Below are positions 1 through 8,905 of a stretch of 64,000 nt of DNA, in pieces; positions within the stretch are counted from its first letter, which is position 1; each line of letters opens with the position of its first letter. The stretch comes from a virus. A program made the position numbers and the translations under genes. The notes beneath the pieces are model-generated. The model was given only the letters and a program-made list of their open reading frames with translations, did not search any database and had not been told where the DNA came from. The stretch is from positions 8,020 to 72,019 of the IMG/VR virus record IMGVR_UViG_3300022602_000075; one strand, given 5' to 3'.

Positions 1-1564
1 TTCTATCATAACCGCTATTTGCCATGTTTTGCCGCTCTGATAATTCTTGATCGTATTTAAGCAATCGTTTTTTTAATTTATGTTTTTGAAAATGCTGGCG
101 ACTATAGATTTTCACATAGTCAAGCGTATAACGATATCCGGGCTTAGTTGTTCCTGTGTGCGTAAATCCTAATTTGGTGTATACATTTCCAGTAGCGTAA
201 GAGCGGTCGGCATAGGACAATACACTATTTGGATTTTGTGTTGAGATAAAATATTTAAATAATTTGCTGGCCCCTCCCACTACAGTATGCCCCAAAATAG
301 TTGAAAACCTTAGCAATTCCCACTGCGCTTTATTTCCAAATCTGCACCTTCCAAAACTCATCGCACTCATTAATTTTGAATTTGAATCAAAAAGTCCGAT
401 ATTTACTGTATTTCCTCCGCAATTGCCTTGCAAATGAGTAGCGTCAAAAAAGTCATTTGCTGTTTTTCTTTCTATAACCTTAACAGTAGTATCTCTCGCA
501 AAGACTCGCGCTGCTATCCCCATCTTCACACTCAGCAAGGATTCAATTATTGGACGTTTATCATTCCAATCATGCTCCCAGATGTGCAACAATTGTATAG
601 ATTGGTTACTACAGTCAATAGTTTTTTGTACATGATACTCCTTCCCACGACCCCGTGACTCGCTATGCCAATACGTACCGTTACACTCTATTGCCAAGTT
701 TAATTTAGGTAAATATATGTCTAATTGACGGTTAGTAAGGACCGACCAATCTGATTGTATGATATCTTCTGAAGAGTAAGTAGATTTGACATAATCTACG
801 ACTGATTGTTCAAAGTAATTTGTCTTGAACGTTGGTAAAACTAACCCTAATTCGTTAACTTTACTATATATTGGGTAACGTGATATCCCATACCTAGAGG
901 CTAGCTCAGACACCGGCGCTGTCATTATTTCTGTTTTAAAAATTTCATCGTCGGTCATAAACAACAATGCTTCGGGAGAATAATGATTTTTTATCCAAGT
1001 TTCTGCTTGTTTGGTTCTGATAGTTTTTACCTTAGCAGGGTTATCAACGCCGTACTTATCCACGAATGCCTGCTTCATCCTTGCTTTCCCCGTTGCTGAC
1101 TGAGTAGGATATGCAGCACCAAAAGTAATGTTATTGGCATCAGTTACTCTATTGGTAAATTCTTCCGTTTTGCTGTAATGATCTACTCCATACCTTTTAC
1201 GAGAAGTATTTTTAATTTTATCACTCCAATCGGCTTCTTGTGAATGCCACTCAGGCAATCCCTTGCTAACTCTATCTAGTTTTTTTGTCGCAACGGTGTA
1301 TTTTGCTGTACACTTTTTGCTGCAATACTGACGATACCTTCGCAAGTCGTCATGCCAAGAAAGACTATTCCCACATTCACATGTGGGAATATCACAGCAG
1401 TTTTTTTCTGCATGGAATAATATTTGTCTAGGCTTAACTGATTTGATTTTATCACTGACTGTGCAATAGATATCGCTAAAATTAGAATTTAACAAATCAT
1501 TATATAGCAATCTCTTTTGCAACTTAAATGCGATTATCTCATCTGTGATTGTATTGCCCGACAT
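1..1564 (-). CDS. Hef-like free-standing homing endonuclease (3'-truncated by the window edge; absent from the ORF track)
   Basis: Hand translation from ATG 1564 gives MSGNTITDEII.., a Cys cluster (CECG..YCSKKC), YGVD repeats, the nuclease motif LDIYLPKLNLAIECNGTYWH and a C-terminal WELLRF/GGASKLFKYF/SYADRS region. Both ends read in the same frame. Confidence 0.8.
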   Translation of the reverse strand, partial: MSGNTITDEIIAFKLQKRLLYNDLLNSNFSDIYCTVSDKIKSVKPRQILFHAEKNCCDIPTCECGNSLSWHDDLRRYRQYCSKKCTAKYTVATKKLDRVSKGLPEWHSQEADWSDKIKNTSRKRYGVDHYSKTEEFTNRVTDANNITFGAAYPTQSATGKARMKQAFVDKYGVDNPAKVKTIRTKQAETWIKNHYSPEALLFMTDDEIFKTEIMTAPVSELASRYGISRYPIYSKVNELGLVLPTFKTNYFEQSVVDYVKSTYSSEDIIQSDWSVLTNRQLDIYLPKLNLAIECNGTYWHSESRGRGKEYHVQKTIDCSNQSIQLLHIWEHDWNDKRPIIESLLSVKMGIAARVFARDTTVKVIERKTANDFFDATHLQGNCGGNTVNIGLFDSNSKLMSAMSFGRCRFGNKAQWELLRFSTILGHTVVGGASKLFKYFISTQNPNSVLSYADRSYATGNVYTKLGFTHTGTTKPGYRYTLDYVKIYSRQHFQKHKLKKRLLKYDQELSERQNMANSGYDR

Positions 1565-1578
1565 TATATTCTCTCTGT

Positions 1579-2469
1579 TTATTCATCAGAGGAAATCTTC
1601 ATATCGCGCATTTGCCTAGTGAAACTTGGAGTTAAGTTATTCATTTCAAGAATGTCATCGCGTATATTTTGATTTCTCTTTTCTGTATTTAGCACACGAC
1701 AGAAAGAATTGGTGATAGCCGCTGTGTAATAAGCAAATGGATTAGAAGACCTGGCTTCATTGAATCTTAACCCAACATAAGTTAATTGCAGAATGGCTGA
1801 GTTACGCATTTCATCGTTGTAAGTGTAACCTCTCCAGTTAAATTTCATTGCGTACTTTTCGCAAAGCATGATATACATACGGGCTAACTTATCGGTGATC
1901 TGTCCGTGATCTTTAGAGAACTCTCCAGTCTTTACGCCGCCCCGCCAATGAGATTTACCTACGCAGTATGGATCGCCGTTTTCGTCAATTTTAAAATGCT
2001 GAAATGGTGGGAAGTTTACTTTGACATGAACCATGTCATCTACTGCATCTTTAGTGCTTGGATCTTCCAAATCATCAAATAGATTTTCTTCACTATCTTC
2101 AAATTCAAAAATATCTTTGGCTGTTTTCTTTTTGACTACTTTTCTGGGCTGCTTAGCAGCAACAGGTACATGATCCCAAGTCATTACTCGGAAAATCAAA
2201 TCAGTAGTAGGGATATCTTTGTGGGTTAGTTTTTCGTCTTTACCTACAGAAAGCCTAGTAGCCCTAAGTTCTTTGGCTTCTTTGATCTTACTAGCCTTGC
2301 ACATTGCTTTTAGTGCAGAGTCTAGATTGTCGCTAGAAGTATCTATGATTAGGTCATAGACGTTGTATTCTTGTTTGGTAAAGCAGCAATATGAAGTTTT
2401 GCTGGCGTGAATTTCTTTTAAAATGTCTTTATTGTTTAGATAATTGACAGGTTTCTTTGCTATAGACAT
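1579..2469 (-). CDS. gp55: T4 gp55-like sigma factor for late transcription
   Basis: Motifs NYLNNKDIL, NWRGYTYNDEM and NPFAYYTAAITNSF. Start moved to ATG 2469 because an AAGGA SD precedes it. Confidence 0.88.
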   Translation of the reverse strand: MSIAKKPVNYLNNKDILKEIHASKTSYCCFTKQEYNVYDLIIDTSSDNLDSALKAMCKASKIKEAKELRATRLSVGKDEKLTHKDIPTTDLIFRVMTWDHVPVAAKQPRKVVKKKTAKDIFEFEDSEENLFDDLEDPSTKDAVDDMVHVKVNFPPFQHFKIDENGDPYCVGKSHWRGGVKTGEFSKDHGQITDKLARMYIMLCEKYAMKFNWRGYTYNDEMRNSAILQLTYVGLRFNEARSSNPFAYYTAAITNSFCRVLNTEKRNQNIRDDILEMNNLTPSFTRQMRDMKISSDE

Positions 2470-2495
2470 AATTTCCTTGTTATTGTGATAAAACA

Positions 2496-2524
2496 ATATT
2501 ACACGACATGTTGGATAATGTCAA
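2496..2524 (-). promoter_or_regulatory. sigma70-type promoter for the late sigma gene
   Basis: TTGACA-N17-TAATAT on the minus strand. Confidence 0.7.
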
Positions 2525-2608
2525 TAAGTTATTGATTAAATTGGGGGTTTTTTGAACGATAAATATACGAAGACAGTCTATTTATGTCTGGAAAAAGAGA
2601 ACTAACAT

Positions 2609-3979
2609 ATGGCAACAGGGTCGGCTACAAAAACTACTAATAGCGGTTGGACAGTAACAACAGTTTATGATACAGCCACATCACAAGGGGTAATGACTTT
2701 TACTGGGCCAAATGGAGAAGTCGTTACTTATACTTCCGGTGCTGGTCAGGGCACCATCGAAAGTGCCTTTCAGGCTGCAGGAATACCGATACCTAATGGA
2801 CTTGCCCTTACAGGATTGTCTACGCTTACGGCTGCTAGATTTTATGCAAACCAGGCAGCACAAGCCGGGGCATCCGAATCAGCGGCTACCCCGGTTTCGC
2901 CTGTTGCAGACACTACAGCAAATGCAGCACAGACAACCGCGGTAACTGATTCAGGCGCAAACGCCACTCCAACCCAAGGAACGACACCAGAAACTCCGCC
3001 GGCTGACACGCTACAAGAAGTGCAGGTAACGGCACAACCTGTTCCAACTCAAGGAACAGAACCTCTTCCCGTACCGTCTGGTGATTTAGGAGAAATTGTT
3101 GTAACAGCACCCCGAGATACAGGTGAAGACACTGATAGTTCTTCCGATTCAGAAAGTGACGGAATTAGCGGAGATGAACTTAGCGCCCAAGAACAGGCTG
3201 CACTACAAGAGGCTACTAATTTTGCATTAGGTAGAGATTGGAGAGTAAGATTAGCATTGGCTCCGGGATCTAATTATCTTTACAACGCTAACCCTCCAGG
3301 AATATTGGGCCCCTTAAAAGCCACACAAGGTGTTATATTTCCGTACACTCCAGATATTCAGGTTGCGTATACAAGCAACTACGAATCGCTTGCCCTTACG
3401 CACAGTAACTACAAGATATTTCAATACCAAAGCAGCGGAGTAGATCAGGTAACAATCTCATGTCCATTTACTGCTCAAGATACTAGCGAAGCACTTTATC
3501 TTTTAGCAGTAATACATTTTTTCAGAACTGCAACAAAGATGTTTTATGGTCAAGATCAAGATCCTGTTTCAGGTCTACCCCCTCCTTTGTGCTATCTGTA
3601 CGGTTTAGGAGCATTTCAATTTGACAATCACCCGCTAGTAATTAGCAACTTTACTTATTCTCTACCCAACGAAGTAGACTATATAAGAGTAAGTACAAAC
3701 ACTGTTCAACCTGGTGTAGGAACTACTGGTAGTAATTTTCCTACTAGTTTACCTGAACTAATACAACAAACTCGTTTAGGAAGTATAGCACCGGGGGGCA
3801 CGGTACAACCTGTTGATTTTGGGATACCTAGTACCGGAACTGTTCCTGCTACTTATGTACCAACTATGATGACCATGTCAATTACTTGCTACCCAATCGT
3901 AAGCAGAAATGACATTAGTAATAACTTTAGCGTTAAGAAATATGCAACCGGTGAACTGACAACTAGAGGATTTTGGTAA
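2609..3979 (+). CDS. Baseplate/tail-tube-initiator-like protein with a long low-complexity N-terminal region
   Basis: C-terminal domain (FPYTPDIQV..THSNY..GLPPPLCYL..LPNEVDYI) resembles tube-fold baseplate proteins; first gene of the baseplate operon. Confidence 0.6.
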   Translation: MATGSATKTTNSGWTVTTVYDTATSQGVMTFTGPNGEVVTYTSGAGQGTIESAFQAAGIPIPNGLALTGLSTLTAARFYANQAAQAGASESAATPVSPVADTTANAAQTTAVTDSGANATPTQGTTPETPPADTLQEVQVTAQPVPTQGTEPLPVPSGDLGEIVVTAPRDTGEDTDSSSDSESDGISGDELSAQEQAALQEATNFALGRDWRVRLALAPGSNYLYNANPPGILGPLKATQGVIFPYTPDIQVAYTSNYESLALTHSNYKIFQYQSSGVDQVTISCPFTAQDTSEALYLLAVIHFFRTATKMFYGQDQDPVSGLPPPLCYLYGLGAFQFDNHPLVISNFTYSLPNEVDYIRVSTNTVQPGVGTTGSNFPTSLPELIQQTRLGSIAPGGTVQPVDFGIPSTGTVPATYVPTMMTMSITCYPIVSRNDISNNFSVKKYATGELTTRGFW

Positions 3980-4293
3980 TGTCGAATCAAGCAATATATC
4001 CTGCTTCAAGCAGTTATTACAGCACTGATATTTTTAACAACAAGTTTTTGGATATCATGCAGTATCGTCCAATACCTAGTTTAAATTCGGACATTTATTA
4101 TATTATACCCCCTGTATATCAGTATAGACCTGATTTACTAGCATATGACTTATATCAAGATCCTCGTTTGTGGTGGGTCTTTGCACAACGAAATCCAAAC
4201 AGACTAGGGCCTGATCCTTATTTTAATTTCGTAGCCGGGCTAGGAATATACGTGCCACAATTGGCAACTTTAAAACAGACTTTAGGTATCTAA
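3973..4293 (+). CDS. gp53-like (LysM-like) baseplate wedge protein
   Basis: YRPDLLAYDLYQDPRLWWVFAQRN motif and position in the cluster. Confidence 0.75.
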   Translation: MVMSNQAIYPASSSYYSTDIFNNKFLDIMQYRPIPSLNSDIYYIIPPVYQYRPDLLAYDLYQDPRLWWVFAQRNPNRLGPDPYFNFVAGLGIYVPQLATLKQTLGI

Positions 4294-4296
4294 TTC

Positions 4297-7200
4297 GTGA
4301 CTACTGTTACTAATCCAATGACGACCACCATTGATTTAGGTGAAGGTAAGACAGCCTATGTTACTACCGAACTTGATCCCAATACTGGTTCATACACAAC
4401 TACTGTAAATATCCCTGCATTTGGAGTTAGTTATCAAGGAACTCCCCAAAGTGTAATGAACCAACTGTCAAACTTGAATAATCAATTAGTTGAGAATAAT
4501 GAAATCGAACCCAGCGGTGATGTAAACATTAACCTATCAACGGTAGTTCCTCAAGCAATAACAAGTCAACAATTTAATATTGGAAAATTAGTCAACGCTC
4601 CCAATACTGACGCTGCTACCCCTGTACCCGCTCCTGATATTCCAACTACAACGGGAAATTATAGTACTTCAACTACTACGACTACAACGACTACCGCGCA
4701 TACAGGTGGCGGCTCTGTTATAACTTCAGTCAATCCTGACGGCACTATAACAAAAACTGTAGTGCCTGGTCAAAACAGCACAGTTACAACAACTACAACA
4801 GAGAGTGCTAATCCCGATTCATCTCCGCAACCTCTGCCAGCAGTAAACACGCCCGCACAGCAAGTAGCACCCGGATTGCAAACAACTCAAGAAAACACAC
4901 CACAAATAACGGGCAGTGCTGATGAAGATCGTAATGCACAAAACGCTGCTGCTTCTAATCAACAATCGGGAGTGGTAGTTAATAATTCAGGGAATAATCC
5001 TTCAACAAGCCCGGCTAGTGCAACATCTGCTAGTAGTCCCGGGGCTACTACACAATCAACTTCATCCAGTGGTGCAGTTGGTGGATTAAATGCACCGGGT
5101 GCTAGAGTAGAAAACCCATTATCTAGTTTGGCTAGTTATAATTATATAATCAGTTTATATACTATGTCTCCTGCAGCCCACGATGCTTGGGTACAATCGG
5201 GCAAAAAAGACCCCGCTGCATTGGGCGGAGCACAAATGGGACAAGTAGCAAATGGTGTGTACCTAATATGTCAAAGCGGTGGAATTAACAACACTACTAC
5301 GCAGCGCGCACCGGGATTTGAACTAGATTACTATATTGATAATTTAAAATGCACTAGTCTTATCAATGCCAAAGCATCGGGCGGTGATTACTTCAATATA
5401 GAATTCTCTTTTACTATCACAGAACCATATGGATTTTCTTTTATAACAAATCTAAGAAAAGCACAGTCTATATTATATAATTCACCGCAAACTACCGCAT
5501 CAGGATCATCAAGCACAAATGCTGCTGGGCCACCTGCAAATCCTCTTAAAGGAATGTATATTTTAGGCATTAAATTTTTAGGATGGAATTTAGATGGTAG
5601 CCAGGCTACGGGACAAGAGCAATTTACAGGTGGAACGCTAGATGAAAATGGCACACAAAATGGGTTGTTTCAACAGTATTACGATATTCAAATAACCGGT
5701 TGCACATTTAAACTAGACGGCAGACCTGTAGTTTATAATATTACCGCAGTTCCCCTGAACACAGGTGCAGGATTAGGAACAAAGAGGGCTACGATAGATA
5801 CACCAATCAGTATTGAAGGTGGTACTGTAGATAGCGCATTTAACGGACCAACTGGCATAATAACTCAAATGAACAATAACGAAGCTAACCTGGTAAAAAC
5901 TGGTAAAGCGCAATATGCAAACACATATGAATTAACTTATTTAGGGCCAGACGTAGATTTGATAAAAAATGCAACCATAGTATCAGCCGCTGACGTAGAC
6001 AAATACAAATGGGCTAACGCAGATGTGAAAAAGCCCAGTGATTCAAATGACGCTACCGCACAAAAGTCCCCACCTAACAATACTACTAGAACAGTATCGA
6101 TTGGTGCCGGCACCAATATATCTGCCGCCATAGGTAGTATTATAAAACAAAGTTCTTATTTGACTAGTGCATTAAATGCTGTTTATACAACTAGTCTTGA
6201 GCCTACCAGTCAAGGTAGTCCTGAAGCACAGACTAACGATAAACCTAAAAAAATTGCTTGGTACAACTTATCTGTAGAAACTACACAGGCTAAATGGGAT
6301 ATTACTAGAGGAGACTGGGTATATCATATAAGTTATGTTATAACGACATATGATACTCCTTCTATTCAAACACCTTATGCTAGTGATGCTGGAGAATATC
6401 TAGGCCCGTACAAGAGATATGACTATTGGTTTACTGGACAAAATAAAGAAGTTATGGGATTGAGTTTTAACTATGATACTTCTTACTTTTTAGGTACTCA
6501 AGACGCTTCTACGACACCTAACAATTCGGCTTCACAAAACAACAACGCACCTTACGCACCTAATAAACCGGCTGGTGGAAGCAATCAGGCTAGACTTGGA
6601 TTAGGTATGATAGCACAGAATTCATATACAACATATTTGTACGATCCCCAAGCATATCAGAGCGTACAAATGAAAATAATGGGAGATCCAGATTATCTAG
6701 TAACTTTGTCTCCACCCCCGCCAAATGCGGCAGAAGTTTATAATAAATTCTACGGTCCCGGAAAAACAATAAATCCAAAAAGCAGTCAGTGTTTCATAGA
6801 AGTTAACTTCTTAGAAGCAACAGACTACGATAATAACACTGGTGTGTTAAATCTAAACGATCAAATATTCTTTGGATTAGGCTCTCCTAGTTCAGGAGTT
6901 ACCCCTAAAGGAATCATATTCATGGTAATACAAGTTGACAACGATTTTGTAGGCGGTAAGTTCACACAAACAATTACAATGAATGGCACGCCTTGGCCTA
7001 ACATATCAAATCAGCCTAATCCTAATATACCTAGACCAGGCACTGCTCCTAGTAATTCCGGGAACACTAGCAGTTCTGGCACAAGCACTGGATCAGGCCC
7101 TACACCCGGTAACAATAACGCAACTGCACAATATACCGGATTACGAGGATCGGCGTATACTCCCGACGAAGCAGCGAATGCTGCGGCTTGGGCAGCAGCA

Positions 7201-7392
7201 ACTAAAGCAGAATATTTGGCAAGTTTAAAAGCAGGCTCTGGTAACGGAAGCACCACACCTACACCAAAGACTACCCCAACCGGGCCTCAAGGTCAACAAG
7301 TGGCAGACGGAGACGCAAATCCAAATCCAGGTGGAACAACTACTGCATCAGGACAGCCTGCAGTCCCGCAATATATAAATTCAAGAGCATAA
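4297..7392 (+). CDS. Putative baseplate hub protein with Thr/Ser/Pro-rich termini
   Basis: Lies between gp53-like and gp5-like genes; motifs NPLSSLASYNY, FTITEPYG, IMGDPDYL, GGKFTQTI. Confidence 0.6.
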   Translation: MTTVTNPMTTTIDLGEGKTAYVTTELDPNTGSYTTTVNIPAFGVSYQGTPQSVMNQLSNLNNQLVENNEIEPSGDVNINLSTVVPQAITSQQFNIGKLVNAPNTDAATPVPAPDIPTTTGNYSTSTTTTTTTTAHTGGGSVITSVNPDGTITKTVVPGQNSTVTTTTTESANPDSSPQPLPAVNTPAQQVAPGLQTTQENTPQITGSADEDRNAQNAAASNQQSGVVVNNSGNNPSTSPASATSASSPGATTQSTSSSGAVGGLNAPGARVENPLSSLASYNYIISLYTMSPAAHDAWVQSGKKDPAALGGAQMGQVANGVYLICQSGGINNTTTQRAPGFELDYYIDNLKCTSLINAKASGGDYFNIEFSFTITEPYGFSFITNLRKAQSILYNSPQTTASGSSSTNAAGPPANPLKGMYILGIKFLGWNLDGSQATGQEQFTGGTLDENGTQNGLFQQYYDIQITGCTFKLDGRPVVYNITAVPLNTGAGLGTKRATIDTPISIEGGTVDSAFNGPTGIITQMNNNEANLVKTGKAQYANTYELTYLGPDVDLIKNATIVSAADVDKYKWANADVKKPSDSNDATAQKSPPNNTTRTVSIGAGTNISAAIGSIIKQSSYLTSALNAVYTTSLEPTSQGSPEAQTNDKPKKIAWYNLSVETTQAKWDITRGDWVYHISYVITTYDTPSIQTPYASDAGEYLGPYKRYDYWFTGQNKEVMGLSFNYDTSYFLGTQDASTTPNNSASQNNNAPYAPNKPAGGSNQARLGLGMIAQNSYTTYLYDPQAYQSVQMKIMGDPDYLVTLSPPPPNAAEVYNKFYGPGKTINPKSSQCFIEVNFLEATDYDNNTGVLNLNDQIFFGLGSPSSGVTPKGIIFMVIQVDNDFVGGKFTQTITMNGTPWPNISNQPNPNIPRPGTAPSNSGNTSSSGTSTGSGPTPGNNNATAQYTGLRGSAYTPDEAANAAAWAAATKAEYLASLKAGSGNGSTTPTPKTTPTGPQGQQVADGDANPNPGGTTTASGQPAVPQYINSRA

Positions 7393-7393
7393 T

Positions 7394-8905
7394 ATGTTAG
7401 ACAATACCTCCAATCCCAGAAGCATACCTAAAGCATACAAGATAGACTCAGGAGGTGCTGCAACAGTACCTGTACCTGTATTTGCAGTAGTAAAAGATAA
7501 CATTGATCCAACTCGTTCAGGAAGAATTCGTGTTTACATTTCTGGTATCACAGTAAAGCCACCTGAAGATCCTAGCAGTTGGACTACTGTATCTTTTTTA
7601 AGTCCTTATTTTGGTAGTGTACAAGGTGACTCTAATAACACAGGTTACGGCACGTTTAAAGGCAACCCAAGTTCTTATGGCATGTGGATGGCTCCGCCTG
7701 ATATAGGTTCTACAGTACTGTGCATTTTTGCTAATGGTGATCTTAACTATGGATTTTATGTAGGAGCAGTCCCTAACGCTGACGCCTTACAAATGATTCC
7801 TGCAATTGGAGCAGTTGATAATGTAGTTCCTAATCAAGGTGAAGCGCAAAGTTATGGTGGAGCAACTAGACTGCCTGTAACTAATATAAATTCTAACAAC
7901 ACAAACTTAGCAGATAGTCCAGATTTTTTAAGCGCACCTAAACCAGTTCATAGTTATTCAGCAGCAGTTATGTTTCAACAGGGCGTGCTTAGAGATCCAG
8001 TTAGAGGTCCTATATCATCTAGTGCGAATAGAGAAACTCCTAGTAGAGTAGGTTGGGGAGTTAGCACTCCAGGAAGACCTATATACCAAGGTGGTTATGA
8101 TGATACTTCTGTTGCTGCAAATTTAGATGCTAGTAAAGGTGAAAAACTACAAGTAGTTTCTCGCCGAGGTGGCCATACAATCGTAATGGATGATGGTGAC
8201 TTGATTGGTAGAGATCAACTTATCAGAATAAGAACTGCTTTAGGTCATCAAATTACAATGAGTGATGACGGACAGACTTTATTGATACTTCACTCAAATG
8301 GTCAATCATATATTGAATTAGGTAAAGAAGGCACAGTCGATATCTACTCTACTAATTCATTTAATGTAAGAACACAAGGTGATCTTAATTTACACGCAGA
8401 CAATAATATTAATATTCATGCTATGAAAACGCTTAATATACAAGCAAAGGCTATGAATCTTAATTCTGAAACTACATATAATCAGCGAGTGGGTTCTGAT
8501 TACGCAGTAAGCGCGGCAGGCAAATTTACTGTATTAGCAGGTGGAGCATTAAGTATAGGAGCAGGTGGCGATGGATCATTTGCTGCTGGCGGGATAGCAT
8601 ATATCAACGGCAGCAAAGTAAATTTAAACACTGGACAAACAGGAACTCAACCTCAAGCAGTCAAGCCTATACCTATAGTAGCACAGACAGACACGCTACA
8701 CGATGCAACAAAGGGTTTCATAGCAGCACCTGCAAAATTACTGACTATCGTTTCACGCGCTCCTGCTCATATGCCTTGGGCTAATGCAGGTCAGGGTGTA
8801 AATGTAAAGGTTAAATTAAGCGCATCAAGTCAGTTGCCCTCTGCTCCCTCTACAGCATTAAATAATGTTAATAATACTGCCTCTTCAAATGGTACTGGAG
8901 TATAA
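7394..8905 (+). CDS. gp5/VgrG-like baseplate spike protein
   Basis: OB-fold N-terminus (VKDNIDPTRSGRIRVYI..PPDIGSTVL) followed by beta-helix-like repeats (GHTIVMDD, GHQITMSDD). Confidence 0.8.
   Translation: MLDNTSNPRSIPKAYKIDSGGAATVPVPVFAVVKDNIDPTRSGRIRVYISGITVKPPEDPSSWTTVSFLSPYFGSVQGDSNNTGYGTFKGNPSSYGMWMAPPDIGSTVLCIFANGDLNYGFYVGAVPNADALQMIPAIGAVDNVVPNQGEAQSYGGATRLPVTNINSNNTNLADSPDFLSAPKPVHSYSAAVMFQQGVLRDPVRGPISSSANRETPSRVGWGVSTPGRPIYQGGYDDTSVAANLDASKGEKLQVVSRRGGHTIVMDDGDLIGRDQLIRIRTALGHQITMSDDGQTLLILHSNGQSYIELGKEGTVDIYSTNSFNVRTQGDLNLHADNNINIHAMKTLNIQAKAMNLNSETTYNQRVGSDYAVSAAGKFTVLAGGALSIGAGGDGSFAAGGIAYINGSKVNLNTGQTGTQPQAVKPIPIVAQTDTLHDATKGFIAAPAKLLTIVSRAPAHMPWANAGQGVNVKVKLSASSQLPSAPSTALNNVNNTASSNGTGV

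Noticed and set aside
428-658. 76-aa plus-strand ORF
   Set aside because: It lies antisense within the long minus-strand endonuclease gene.
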